Of a DNA stretch of 64,000 nucleotides, positions 50,697 through 61,124 are shown piece after piece (positions within the stretch are counted from its first letter, which is position 1; every line of letters begins with the position of its first letter). Origin of the DNA: an uncultured Acidobacteriota bacterium (GTDB taxonomy: Bacteria; Acidobacteriota; UBA6911). The stretch spans positions 32,001 to 96,000 of the forward strand of contig CAWHCF010000025.1 in the NCBI GenBank assembly GCA_963827655.1, in the 5' to 3' direction. Under the pieces are notes generated by a model that was given only the letters and a program-made list of their open reading frames with translations, was not told the origin of the DNA and made no database searches. A program made the position numbers and the translations under genes.

Positions 50697-53212
50697 ATCG
50701 CCGCGCGTGAGGTCCGCATCAGAAACGTGGGGCTTTTCACAATTCCCACGATGAGCGACGACCATCGGTAGTCACTGGCTGCTGCGTCGCGGACGATCTT
50801 GCGCACTGCCGGCCGATCGTAATAGTCGAGCCGGCGGCCGAGAGCGTACGCCAAAAGCTTTTCGGTGACGGTGCGGGGAAACTGATCGGGCTGCTCGAGC
50901 AACAGCGCACGCAAGCCCGAAAGGCCATCGACCCTGGCGCCGCTCACCGTGGTCCCGGTCGCGTCGACGGGCTTGCCCACTTCGTCAACGGTTCTCCACG
51001 CGCCAATCGCGTCAAAGTTTTCCAGCGCAAACCCCAGGGAATCAATGACTGAATGACAACTGGCGCAGGCGGGATTCTGCCGATGCTGCGTCAGCCGCTC
51101 GCGTATCGACATCGGCATCGCGCCCGGCTTGTTCTCCGCCAGATTGGTGTCCACGCCTGGAGGAGGGGGCGGTACAGGCAAGCCGAAGACATTGTTCAGC
51201 AGCCACTTGCCACGTAAGACCGGCGATGTTCGGTCGGGATAGGAGGTTGTCGTCAGCAGCGCTCCCTCCGCCAGCAACCCGCCCCGCTGATCGGGGTTCG
51301 GGAGAGTGACTCGCCGGAAGCGGCTGCCGTAAATCCCTGGAATTCCGTAGTGCCGCGCCAGCCGTTCGTTCACAAAAGTATAGTTGGCGCGCAAAAGATC
51401 GAGGACGCTGCGATCCTCCCGCAGCGTGCTGGCGACAAACAGCTCCGTTTCCCGTTTGAATGCCTCCAGCAGACTGGCGTCAAAACTCGGATAATGATCC
51501 GGATGGACCACCACTTCGCCGACGCGGCGCAGATTCAACCACTGCGCGGCGAAACCGTCCACCAGCGCACCCGTGGCGCGGGGATCGTCCAACATGCGCC
51601 GCACTTGCTGTTCCAGGATCAGCGGTTTGCTGAGCTGTCCGCGCACCGCCAAGTCGATCAGGGTGTCATCGGGAATGCTGCTCCACAAGAAAAACGACAA
51701 GCGCGAGGCGAGCTCCATGTCGCTCAGGCGATAGGTGGCTTGACCAGGCGCGGCGGGATCCCGATGGACGCGCAGCAGAAAGTCGGGGTCGACGAGAACT
51801 CGCTCGAGCGCGATCTGGATCCCGTTGTCAAAGCTTCCACCGTCCTGCCGGCCCCTGGAGAAGAATTCGAGCAGCGTCTGCACGTCGGCCTTGGTCACGG
51901 GCCGCCGATAAGCAAGCCGGGCGATCCTCGAAAGGATCTTTTGCGCGCACGCCTTTTCTTCCGCAGCAGTCCGGGGTTGACAGACGAAAATTGCGCGACG
52001 GCTGGGCGTGTCCTTTGCCGGTCCGGTGATTTGGAACGGGCCTCCGATCTGGACCGAGCCCACGCTTGCGTAATCCATGTATAGCTGGTCGTTTGTCAGC
52101 ACCCTGCCTCGTTGCCGTGGCTGAGGGAGACCTTCCGGCTCCCACAGCTCTCTCACGAACGACACGCCGACGACGCGCCGTCCCGCCTCGACCGGCACGC
52201 GGATCTCCAGCCCGGCGTCGCCGGTGACCTGCATGTACTTCTCCCATTCGGGATCGCCGGCAAAGCCCGGTTCACCGTCGCCGGCGTAACTGGCCGCGGC
52301 AGGCCTGCCCTGGGCTCCCCCTCCGACGGTGAATCGTTTCAGCAGCTTGCCATCAAGCCGGATGTCGAGCTGCTGCGGCCAGCCCATGCCCATGATGTAG
52401 TCCTGATACTGTCTTCGGAGACGAACTTTGATGAGATATTGGGCGTCGACTGGAAAGTCAAAGGGAATCGCGATGCCTCCACGGGATCCGAACGGCAGGT
52501 CTTCGCTCTGCCGGTCATCTTGAACCACGTGCAAGGGAATCGCGAAGGTCTCGATCCCGGGACTCGCGGGAGGCAGACCTATCGCGAGCCGCGTGACCTG
52601 ACGGGCCACTGACAGATATCGCTCAAGGTGGGCCGTCGAAATCGTGAGCACATCCGCGAAATTGTCGAAACTGCCGTCCGCGGTCTCATCCCCCGGCAGC
52701 AGCGGCCTCACATCGACCTCGAGCGCGAACAGGTCGCGAATCGCGTTGTTGTATTCCGTGCGATTGAGGCGGTGGATGGCGCTGATCCTGCCCGGATTGG
52801 GATTGGCCCCCCACGCCCGGTCGATTTCGGTCTCCAGCCAGCCGGCCGTCGCGTGATAGGTGGCCGCATCGGGCCGGGGCGTCCCGGGCGGCGGCATCGA
52901 GCCGGCGCGAAGCTTCGCTATGACTTTTTCCCACACCTCCGCATTGGAACCCGGGTTCTTGAGGTCCAGACGGTCGAGCTCGAGTCCAGCGGTCCGGAGC
53001 GTCTGGTTATGGCACGCGATGCAGTATTTCTCGAAGACCATCTGCGGGGCAGGAAACGTCGAGGAAGCGGGTTGCCTCTGCCAGGCCGAAGTCTGAACGC
53101 TGGATAAAATGACGACGATGCAGCCGCTGATCAAGAAGGCAGTGATTGATGGGCGCACCACAGCCGAGAGCCGCCTGAATCCATGCCGCATATCGTGCCC
53201 CAAAAACTGCAT
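50675..53212 (-). CDS. Cytochrome c + DUF1587/1595/1592/1588/1585 domain protein
   Basis: CIACH, RLNRTEYNNAIRDL, ELASRLSFFLWSS, TSPVLRGKW, CASCH. Start uncertain. Confidence 0.92.
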   Translation of the reverse strand: MQFLGHDMRHGFRRLSAVVRPSITAFLISGCIVVILSSVQTSAWQRQPASSTFPAPQMVFEKYCIACHNQTLRTAGLELDRLDLKNPGSNAEVWEKVIAKLRAGSMPPPGTPRPDAATYHATAGWLETEIDRAWGANPNPGRISAIHRLNRTEYNNAIRDLFALEVDVRPLLPGDETADGSFDNFADVLTISTAHLERYLSVARQVTRLAIGLPPASPGIETFAIPLHVVQDDRQSEDLPFGSRGGIAIPFDFPVDAQYLIKVRLRRQYQDYIMGMGWPQQLDIRLDGKLLKRFTVGGGAQGRPAAASYAGDGEPGFAGDPEWEKYMQVTGDAGLEIRVPVEAGRRVVGVSFVRELWEPEGLPQPRQRGRVLTNDQLYMDYASVGSVQIGGPFQITGPAKDTPSRRAIFVCQPRTAAEEKACAQKILSRIARLAYRRPVTKADVQTLLEFFSRGRQDGGSFDNGIQIALERVLVDPDFLLRVHRDPAAPGQATYRLSDMELASRLSFFLWSSIPDDTLIDLAVRGQLSKPLILEQQVRRMLDDPRATGALVDGFAAQWLNLRRVGEVVVHPDHYPSFDASLLEAFKRETELFVASTLREDRSVLDLLRANYTFVNERLARHYGIPGIYGSRFRRVTLPNPDQRGGLLAEGALLTTTSYPDRTSPVLRGKWLLNNVFGLPVPPPPPGVDTNLAENKPGAMPMSIRERLTQHRQNPACASCHSVIDSLGFALENFDAIGAWRTVDEVGKPVDATGTTVSGARVDGLSGLRALLLEQPDQFPRTVTEKLLAYALGRRLDYYDRPAVRKIVRDAAASDYRWSSLIVGIVKSPTFLMRTSRAAIQGIAQK

Positions 53213-53447
53213 TGCCTCCTCCCAGCAAGAGCTCCTGCGGCCCTGTTCCTTGGGTTGTCCAGCGGAGCGTCGATGCCGATGGGCAGCGTTTGGGTATCGG
53301 TAGCCCGAACCCTGAGGGTATTTTGCCTCAGAAGTCGAGCACAAGTAAAGACACAGCAAACGGTGTTGGGCGAGAATCTGGATACCGACGGGTTTCTCCC
53401 AGATTTTCCTTCAATCGCTGGTTGCGGCGACTGTACAATGTACATCC

Positions 53448-53699
53448 ATGAAATGCTATACCATGGCACAGCTTCGCGAGCGTCTCGCGGATGTGCTGAA
53501 CGAAGCGGAGCGGGGCGTCCCCGTGGTGATCGAGCGGCGGGGAGTCCGTTATGTGCTTAGAGCGGAACCCGCGCCGGCACGCCGGCACACTCGGCCCTCG
53601 GTCATCGAAATACTCGATCCTGCCGTAGCAGAAGGCCAGTGGCAATGGACCTGGGGCCGTGAAGGTCTGAGGTTCCGCTCAGGCCGCCGACACCGATGA
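53448..53699 (+). CDS. Phd/YefM-like antitoxin
   Basis: TMAQLRERLADVLNEAERGVPVVIERRG; overlaps the PIN gene. Confidence 0.85.
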   Translation: MKCYTMAQLRERLADVLNEAERGVPVVIERRGVRYVLRAEPAPARRHTRPSVIEILDPAVAEGQWQWTWGREGLRFRSGRRHR

Positions 53700-54067
53700 T
53701 CCTCCTCGACACCAATGCGCTCATCTGGCTCGAAGGAGGCCATGCGCGAATTCGGCGGCTTGCCCGCAGAGTCAGGCGGCTGTACATTTCTCCCGCTAAT
53801 CTGCTGGAGATCCAACTCTTACTCGAAGCGGGCCGGATCCGTCTGCGACCGGGCGGTAGCATCGTCCGAATCGCACAAGACGAGCGCTGGGTCCTGGACG
53901 ATCCGCCGGCTGCGGAGTGGTTCACAAAGGCGCTCGAGCTGGGGTGGACGCGTGACCCTTTCGACCGGCTACTCGTGGCGCACGCGCGATTGCGGGGCTG
54001 GCGGCTGGCTACCGGGGACGCAAATCTACTCAAGCAACTCGAAAGCACCGAGGCGCTCGAAATCTAA
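53696..54067 (+). CDS. vapC: VapC PIN-domain toxin
   Basis: ILLDTNALIW, ISPANLLEI, RDPFDRLLVAHA, LATGD. Confidence 0.92.
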   Translation: MILLDTNALIWLEGGHARIRRLARRVRRLYISPANLLEIQLLLEAGRIRLRPGGSIVRIAQDERWVLDDPPAAEWFTKALELGWTRDPFDRLLVAHARLRGWRLATGDANLLKQLESTEALEI

Positions 54068-54076
54068 AGCTCCGTA

Positions 54077-54149
54077 TCTTGGCGTCTTAGTGGTATTAGT
54101 GTCGCGCCGCAAATACCACGAAGACGCGAAGACACGAAGAAACACCAAG
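54077..54149. repeat. Inverted pair of the 8-bp-periodic repeat
   Basis: Partial reverse copy at 54077-54094 and forward copy ACCACGAAGACGCGAAGACACGAAGAAACACCAAG at about 54115-54149. Confidence 0.8.
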
Positions 54150-54225
54150 AATCTTGCGAGGGATAATTGCTGCTTCGGGCGGCAAGAACGTCTATACTAT
54201 TTGAATTCGCCGGAGGACCCTCCTG

Positions 54226-56617
54226 ATGCGTCGATGCGCTTTTCGGATACCACGCTGGATTCCAGTCTTATTCCTGACCGGCGGCTTCCTCGGCGTGCGT
54301 GGCCTCCAGCCTCAATCGAGGGATGGATCCGTCTCTCCGGAACGCGCCGTGGTCAATCGGTATTGCGTCAGCTGCCACAACAGCGCATTGAAAGCGGGAG
54401 AGCTTGCGCTCGACACGATCAGCGCGCAGGACGTCGGCCAGCACCCTGAAGCGTGGGAGAAGGTCGTCCGCAAGCTTCGCGCCCGTCATATGCCGCCGGC
54501 CGGAATGCCGCGGCCGGACGAGCGCACTTACGCGGCAGCAGTATCTTCGCTGGAGACCTCGCTGGACCGCGCGGCTGCGGCCAAGCCCAATCCCGGCCGA
54601 ACCGATACGTTCCGGCGGCTCAATCGAACCGAATACCAGAACGCGATCCGCGACCTTCTTGGGCTGGACGTCGATGTTGCCTCGCTGCTGCCGATCGACG
54701 AGTCCAGTTATGGCTTTGACAATGTCACGGTCGGAGATCTCTCGCCGACGTTATTGGACCGCTATATATCGGCGGCGGAGAAGATCAGCCGGCTGGCGGT
54801 GGGGCGGCCCAGCCGTTCTCCGGGCGGCGATACTATCAAAATACCGCCGGACCTCACCCAGGAGGAGCACGTAGACGGGCTTCCGGTCGGCACCCGCGGC
54901 GGAGCGCTGATCCGTTATACCTTCCCGCTTGACGCCGAGTACGAGATCCAGATTCGACTGGCGCGTGACCGCAACGAGCACGTTGAGGGTTTGAACGAGA
55001 CCCACGAAGTGGAGCTGCTTTTGGACAGGGAGCGGGTGCAGTTGTTCACGGTAAAGCCGCCCGCGCGAGACGGAATAAACTCTGAAGAGTATCAACCAGC
55101 CCACGACAACCTGGATCAGCACCTCAAGATCCGCGTTCCCGTGAAGGCCGGTCCGCACGCCATCGGGGTGACATTCCCGAAGAAGCCTTCGGCGCTCCTC
55201 GAAACTGCGCGCCAGCCCTACCAGGCACACTTCAATATCTACCGGCATCCTCGACTCCAGCCGGCAGTCTACTCGATCTCGATCATCGGTCCTTATGAAG
55301 CGAAGGGCCCCGGTGAGACGCCCAGCCGCCAGCGGATTTTTGTGTGCCGGCCGGCGCGCCCGGGCGAGGAAGAAGGCTGCGCCAAGACCATCCTTGCCAC
55401 CCTGATGCGACGGGCCTATCGGCGGCCGGTTATCGATGCGGACCTTCAAGGGCCGCTCGAGCTCTACCGCGAAGCGCGGGCAGATGGAGACTTTGACGCG
55501 GGCATCGAAATGGCTTTATCCGCGGTTCTGGTGAGCCCCCGGTTTCTGTTTCGTGTCGAGCAAGATCCTGCCGGCGTCGCGCCGAACGCCGCCTATCGCA
55601 TCAGCGATCTGGAGCTGGCTTCCCGCCTGTCCTTCTTTCTGTGGAGCAGTATTCCGGACGATGAGCTGCTGAACGTAGCGATTGCCGGTAAACTCAAAGA
55701 GCCCATCGTGCTCGAACAACAGACGCGTCGAATGCTCGCGGACTCCCGGGCGCAGGCTCTGGTGACGAACTTCGCCGGGCAGTGGTTGCACTTGCGCAAT
55801 CTGGCATCGATCACACCGGACATGCGTTTGTTTCCCGACTTCGACGACAATCTCCGGCAAGCGTTTCGCCAGGAAACGGAGCTCTTTTTTGAAAGCATCC
55901 TGCGCGAGGATCGGAGCGTGCTCGACCTGTTGAGCGCCAATTACACCTTCGTCAACGAACGGCTGGCCAAGCATTACGGCATCCCGCATGTGTACGGCAG
56001 CCGGTTCCGGCGCATCACATTGGACGAAGACAGCACGCGAGGCGGGCTGCTGCGCCACGGAAGCATTCTCACGGTGACTTCGTACCCCACCCGAACCTCG
56101 CCGGTAATACGGGGCAAGTGGATCCTGGACAATCTTCTCGGTGTCCCGCCGCCGCCGCCGCCGGAGGTGGTGCCGGCCTCTGAAGGAAAATACCAGCATA
56201 GGCAAGGGTCTTCCGGTCCGCGAACGGCTGGCCGAGCACCGCTCCAACCCCGCCTGTTCCGGCTGCCATAAGCTGATGGATCCTGTGGGCTTTTCGATGG
56301 AGAATTATGACGCCGTGGGCCGCTGGCGAACGCTCGAAGAAAGCAAGCGGATCGACGCCGGCGGCGGGCTTCCCGACGGCAGCCAGTTCTCGGGTGTGTC
56401 CGGACTCGAGCAGGCTTTGCTGAGCCGCCCGGAGGTTTTTCTCGGCACCTTTACCGAGAAACTTCTCACCTACGCTTTAGGCCGTGGAGTCGAGTACTAC
56501 GACGCGCCGGCGGTCCGCAAGGTCGTGCGGGAGGCCCGGACCCAGGATTTCCGCTTCTCGTCATTCATCATGGGAATGGTAAAAAGCGCACCGTTTCAGA
56601 TGAGGAGATCACAATGA
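54226..56617 (+). CDS. Cytochrome c + DUF1587/1595/1592/1588/1585 protein, one frameshift (~56170)
   Basis: CVSCH, RLNRTEYQNAIRDL, ELASRLSFFLWSS, then CSGCH in ORF 56141-56617. Confidence 0.9.
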
Positions 56618-57942
56618 TCATCACCAAGAAGGCTCTGCCACGGCGAACGTTCCTGCGAGGCATCGGCGCCAGCCTGGCGCTCCCTGTGCTCGATGCGATG
56701 GTCCCCTCGATGACCGCCCTGGCCAAGACGCCTGCCAATCCGCCGCGGCGCCTGGGTTTTGTCTACATGCCGATGGGATGCGATATCTCCCGCTGGACTC
56801 CTCCAGGTGAGGGGAGACTGGCCGAGCTTTCGCCGGCCCTCCAGTCGCTGGCCCCGGTTGTGGATCACGTCACGGTTATCACAAACCTCGAGCTGAAGAA
56901 CGCCTATCCCGGCACTCATGCGACCTCCAATGCCGCCTTCCTGAGCGCGGCCAAGGCGAAGTGGACCGAAAGCACGGACTACTACCTGGGGACGACGGTC
57001 GATCAGATCGCTGCGAGGCACATGGGCCAGGAAACGCAACTGCCGTCGCTGGAGCTGGCGATGGATTTGCTCCAGACCGTCGGCCAGTGCGATAACGGCT
57101 ATGCCTGCGTTTACCAGAACAATCTTTCGTGGTCCTCGCCCACAACGCCTCTTCCGGCTGAGGCTCATCCGCGCATCGTTTTTGAGCGCCTGTTCGGCGA
57201 GGGGGGAAGCGCGGCGGACCGGCGCGCCGCATTGCGGAGAAGGGCCAGCCTCCTCGATTGGGTTCGTGAAGATATCGCTCGACTTCAGAGCAACCTCGGC
57301 CCGGCCGACCGCGCCAGGGTCAGCCAATATCTTGATACCGTCCGCGAGGTGGAGCGCCGCATTCAGAAGGCGGAGACCGACACGGCGGACAACCGGCTGC
57401 CCGATCTGGATCGCCCCCTGGGCGCACCGGCCGCTTATGCCGACCACGCGCGATTGATGTTCGACTTGCAGGTATTGGCTCTTCAGGGGGATGTCACCCG
57501 GGTGATCACCTTCCAGCTCGCTCGTGAAACAAGCACGAGAACTTACAACGAGATCGGCGTCTCCGATCCGCATCACCCCCTCACGCATCACGGAAACGAT
57601 CCGGAAAAGATCGCGAAGGTTGCCAAGATCAATGCCTTTCACGTCTCGCTGTTCGCCTACTTCCTGGAGAAGCTGAAGTCCACGCCCGAGGGCGAGGGCT
57701 CTCTGCTGGAGCATTCCTTCTACCTGTATGGCAGCGGGATGGGCAATCCTAACGTGCACGACCACCTGAACCTGCCGATTCTTGTCGCGGGCGGCGGAGC
57801 GCGCAAGGGAGGGCGTCACATCAAGTATGCGGAACCGACGCCGCTGGCCAACCTTCACCTGACACTGCTCGAAAAAGCGGGGGTTCGTCTTGAGGCCTTC
57901 GCCGACAGCAAAGGCAAGGTCGAGGAATTGCTCTCGGTGTGA
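56614..57942 (+). CDS. DUF1552 domain protein
   Basis: LPRRTFLRG, FVYMPMG, SLELAMD, CDNGYACVYQNNLSW, HHPLTHH. Confidence 0.92.
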   Translation: MIITKKALPRRTFLRGIGASLALPVLDAMVPSMTALAKTPANPPRRLGFVYMPMGCDISRWTPPGEGRLAELSPALQSLAPVVDHVTVITNLELKNAYPGTHATSNAAFLSAAKAKWTESTDYYLGTTVDQIAARHMGQETQLPSLELAMDLLQTVGQCDNGYACVYQNNLSWSSPTTPLPAEAHPRIVFERLFGEGGSAADRRAALRRRASLLDWVREDIARLQSNLGPADRARVSQYLDTVREVERRIQKAETDTADNRLPDLDRPLGAPAAYADHARLMFDLQVLALQGDVTRVITFQLARETSTRTYNEIGVSDPHHPLTHHGNDPEKIAKVAKINAFHVSLFAYFLEKLKSTPEGEGSLLEHSFYLYGSGMGNPNVHDHLNLPILVAGGGARKGGRHIKYAEPTPLANLHLTLLEKAGVRLEAFADSKGKVEELLSV

Positions 57943-59456
57943 TTTACCCGGACGAAACGTCGCGCATGCGTATGAAACCGCTCGTTGTATGGGGTCTGGC
58001 TTTGCTGTTTCCGCTCCGCCTGAGCGCGGCCGATTCCAATGCGCCGCTGGCAGACGCAGCGGAGAAGATGGATCGCTCGAGCATTCGCATCCTGCTGGAA
58101 CAGCGCGCGGATGTAAACGCGCCGCAGACCGATGGGATGACGGCGCTGCACTGGGCGGCATACCAGGACGATCTGGAAACGGTGGAACTGCTGGTGCGCT
58201 CACGCGCCAACGTGAAAGCTGCGAACCGCTATGGCGTGACGCCGCTTTCTCTGGCCTGCACCAATGGAAATGCCGCGATGGTCGAGCTGCTCTTGAAGGC
58301 CGGGGCCGATCCGAACACCGCCCTCCCGGGAGGGGAAACCGCGCTGATGACGGCAGCGCGCACCGGGAAGGTCGAAGCCGTGAAGACTCTGCTATCCCAG
58401 GGCGCCGACGTTAACGCAAAAGAAGGGCGGCAGGGACAGACGGCACTGATGTGGGCGGCGGCCGAAGGTCAGGTAGAGGTTGTGAAGGAGCTCATCAAGA
58501 GCGGCGCAGATTTCCGTACCCGTTTGGACTCGGGGTTTACCCCTCTGATGTTTGCCGTGAGGGAGGGCCGGATCCCGGTTGTAAAGGTTCTGCTCGAGGC
58601 AGGAGTGGATGTGAACGAGACCGTGCCGGCCGAGGCCGCGCGCAGGCGCGGCTACGGCGGGCGGCGGCCCCCGGCCGGCGCCGGCGCGCTGCTCCTGGCG
58701 ATCACCAACGCTCATTTCGAACTGGCGGCAGCTCTGCTGGATGCCGGCGCAGATCCGAATGCCGCCCTGCCGGGTTACACGCCCTTGCATGCGATTGTGC
58801 CGGTCCGCAAGCCGGGCGTCGGCGACAACGATCCGGCTCCCGAAGGATCCGGAAACATGACCAGCATGGAGCTGGTCAAGAAGCTTGCGGCGCGTGGAGC
58901 CAACTTGAATGCCAGGATGACCAGGCGCGTGAATTTGACCAATACACGCCTGAACGAGATCGGGGCGACACCTTTCCTGCTGGCCGCCCAGACGTCGGAC
59001 GCCGAGTTGATGAGGACGCTGGCCGCGCTGGGCGCCGACCCGCTGCTGCCGAATGCCGACAACACCACGCCTCTGATAGTAGCGTCCGGACTGGCAACGC
59101 GATCCCCCGGCGAGGACGCCGGCACCGAGAGCGAAGTGTTGGAGGCGGTGCAACTGGCATTGGAGCTAGGCAACGACATCAATGCGGTCGACAACAACGG
59201 TGAAACCGCCGTGCATGGCGCGGCCTACAAGAACCTCCCCAAGGTCGTGCAGTTCCTCGCCGGCAAGGGGGCCAAGATCGAAATCTGGAATCGGAGCAAC
59301 AAGTTCGGATGGACGCCCTTAGCGATCGCCGTGGGTTATAGATTCGGGAATTTCAAGCCTTCGCCCGACACGGAGGCCGCGCTTCGTGAAGTGATGATCG
59401 CCGCAGGAGTAACTCCGCCGAAAACCGTCACTGCCAAGACCCAGCAGATTTACTAG
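57939..59456 (+). CDS. Exported ankyrin-repeat protein
   Basis: GMTALHWAA, GVTPLSLA and GETALMTA repeats. Start may instead be ATG 57966 or 57972. Confidence 0.92.
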   Translation: MIYPDETSRMRMKPLVVWGLALLFPLRLSAADSNAPLADAAEKMDRSSIRILLEQRADVNAPQTDGMTALHWAAYQDDLETVELLVRSRANVKAANRYGVTPLSLACTNGNAAMVELLLKAGADPNTALPGGETALMTAARTGKVEAVKTLLSQGADVNAKEGRQGQTALMWAAAEGQVEVVKELIKSGADFRTRLDSGFTPLMFAVREGRIPVVKVLLEAGVDVNETVPAEAARRRGYGGRRPPAGAGALLLAITNAHFELAAALLDAGADPNAALPGYTPLHAIVPVRKPGVGDNDPAPEGSGNMTSMELVKKLAARGANLNARMTRRVNLTNTRLNEIGATPFLLAAQTSDAELMRTLAALGADPLLPNADNTTPLIVASGLATRSPGEDAGTESEVLEAVQLALELGNDINAVDNNGETAVHGAAYKNLPKVVQFLAGKGAKIEIWNRSNKFGWTPLAIAVGYRFGNFKPSPDTEAALREVMIAAGVTPPKTVTAKTQQIY

Positions 59457-59867
59457 GCCTCTTGTTTTAATTGCGCGACCCTGTACGGCCATCATGGTGG
59501 CTCGCTCTCTGGAGAACTTCGTTGCAACGATTGGAAGTCGGACTAACGAAGCGCAAACGGCGCCGTAGGCGAGCACCATTGGCAATGATAGATGAGACAA
59601 TGAATGAGAAGATGACATGCACGATTAGTCACTTTGTCGCATTTCCCGAGGTTATGGTACGCCGTCTCCTTCGCTGCATGCCACGGGATCCGGTCCAAGT
59701 CTCTTCTCGGCTCATCCTCGAAATCGGACGACTTTCATCCGGCAGGAGCCCGACCTAGCGATCGTCGCCGGTTTCGCCGTGCGGTGCGGGATCTGCAAGC
59801 ACGATCGCTTCTGGCACCGCTGCGCCCGGCCGCACAGCGCCGTGGCGTCGGTCTTCGATTCACCCGT

Positions 59868-60203
59868 ATGAGCCCGCGCCCCCGCTCGCTCACGATCATC
59901 GGCTGGCTGTTCGTCGCCGTGGGCGCCACCGGACTCGTGTACGGGTTGCTGGACCTCGACAACGCGACCGCCTCGCGCCGGGAGCTGCTCGACCTGGGCT
60001 ACGCCACGGTGTCGCGCCTGGTCGCGATTCTCGGCGGGGCGTTCCTGCTCCGCGGCGCCCCCTGGGCGCGCTGGATCCTCGTCGCGTGGCTCGCCTTTCA
60101 CGTCGTGCTCGGCGCGTTCCATTCCCTCATCCAATTCGCCGTGCACGCCGTGTTGATGGCGATCGTGTGCTTCTTCCTGTTCCGCGCCGGGAGCGGGCGT
60201 TGA
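59868..60203 (+). CDS. Small four-TM membrane protein
   Basis: MSPRPRSLTIIGWLF... with four hydrophobic segments. Confidence 0.7.
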   Translation: MSPRPRSLTIIGWLFVAVGATGLVYGLLDLDNATASRRELLDLGYATVSRLVAILGGAFLLRGAPWARWILVAWLAFHVVLGAFHSLIQFAVHAVLMAIVCFFLFRAGSGR

Positions 60204-60572
60204 CCTGGCGACCCGCGAAACGCAGCGGGAAGTGGCTCGTCATCTCGCGGACCACGATCCAAGCGTGACCGGACCGTGTGCGAGAAACTGCCACTGCTTG
60301 TCGGCATCGATCGAGTTAGAGATCACGCGCGCCGCAGGCTCGGCATCGGGCGATGGTCGTTCACCGAGCTCGACCGGAAGTTGAAGCCCGTTCAGGGAGG
60401 CCGCAGCCGAAGAGGTGCTTGTTCCGTGACTTCCTTGCATTTTGCGAAGAGGTTTTCGCTGACTGCTGAAGGCTGAATGCTGATAGCGCGCGGCGTCGAC
60501 TGATCTCAAATACTTGATTTGCGGCCTCAGCCGCGCTATCCGCTTACTCGTTGGTAGGAGATCCGCGAGCCC

Positions 60573-61124
60573 ATGAGCCAATATGTAGCCCTCCTGCGCG
60601 GGATCAACGTCGGCGGGAAGAATCTGATCAAGATGACCGAGCTCAAGATCTGCTTCGAGCAGCAAGGCTTCCGGGACGTGACCACCTACATCCAGAGCGG
60701 CAACGTACTCTTCAAGTCGGGCGAGTCGGCACCCGCCAAGCTGACCCGTCGGATCGAATCTGTGGTCGCTGAGACGTTCAACTGCCGAGCGAGCGTGGTG
60801 CTGCGCTCCCAGAAGCAGATGCGGGACATCGTCGAGCGAGCTCCACAAGGCTTCGGCGCGCATCCGGCGAAGTACCGCTACGACGTCATCTTCTTGAAAG
60901 AGCCGCTCACGGCCTCGACCGCAATGAAGAGCGTGCTTACCAGGCAAGGAGTGGACCAGGCGCACGCGGGAATCGGCGTCCTATACTTCTCGAGACTCAT
61001 CAGCAAAGCATCCCAGAGCCAGCTCAGCAGGCTCGTCTCCCTGCCGATCTACAAGAGCATGACAATCCGCAACTGGAACACGACGACGAAGCTCGCGCAG
61101 ATGATGGACGGCCCGCAGAAGTGA
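60573..61124 (+). CDS. DUF1697 domain protein
   Basis: YVALLRGINVGGKN...TYIQSGNV...TIRNWNT. Confidence 0.93.
   Translation: MSQYVALLRGINVGGKNLIKMTELKICFEQQGFRDVTTYIQSGNVLFKSGESAPAKLTRRIESVVAETFNCRASVVLRSQKQMRDIVERAPQGFGAHPAKYRYDVIFLKEPLTASTAMKSVLTRQGVDQAHAGIGVLYFSRLISKASQSQLSRLVSLPIYKSMTIRNWNTTTKLAQMMDGPQK

Noticed and set aside
6683-56617. Programmed frameshifting or mass pseudogenisation in the TBDR, ADOP, vapC, AP-like and DUF1592 genes
   Set aside because: Isolated indels scattered over unrelated, otherwise intact genes with no shared slippery motif are best explained as sequencing or assembly errors; read-level checking is needed.
60507-60519. IHF-site consensus match (AATCAAGTATTTG, minus strand)
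   Set aside because: A single short match is expected by chance and there is no recombinase context.
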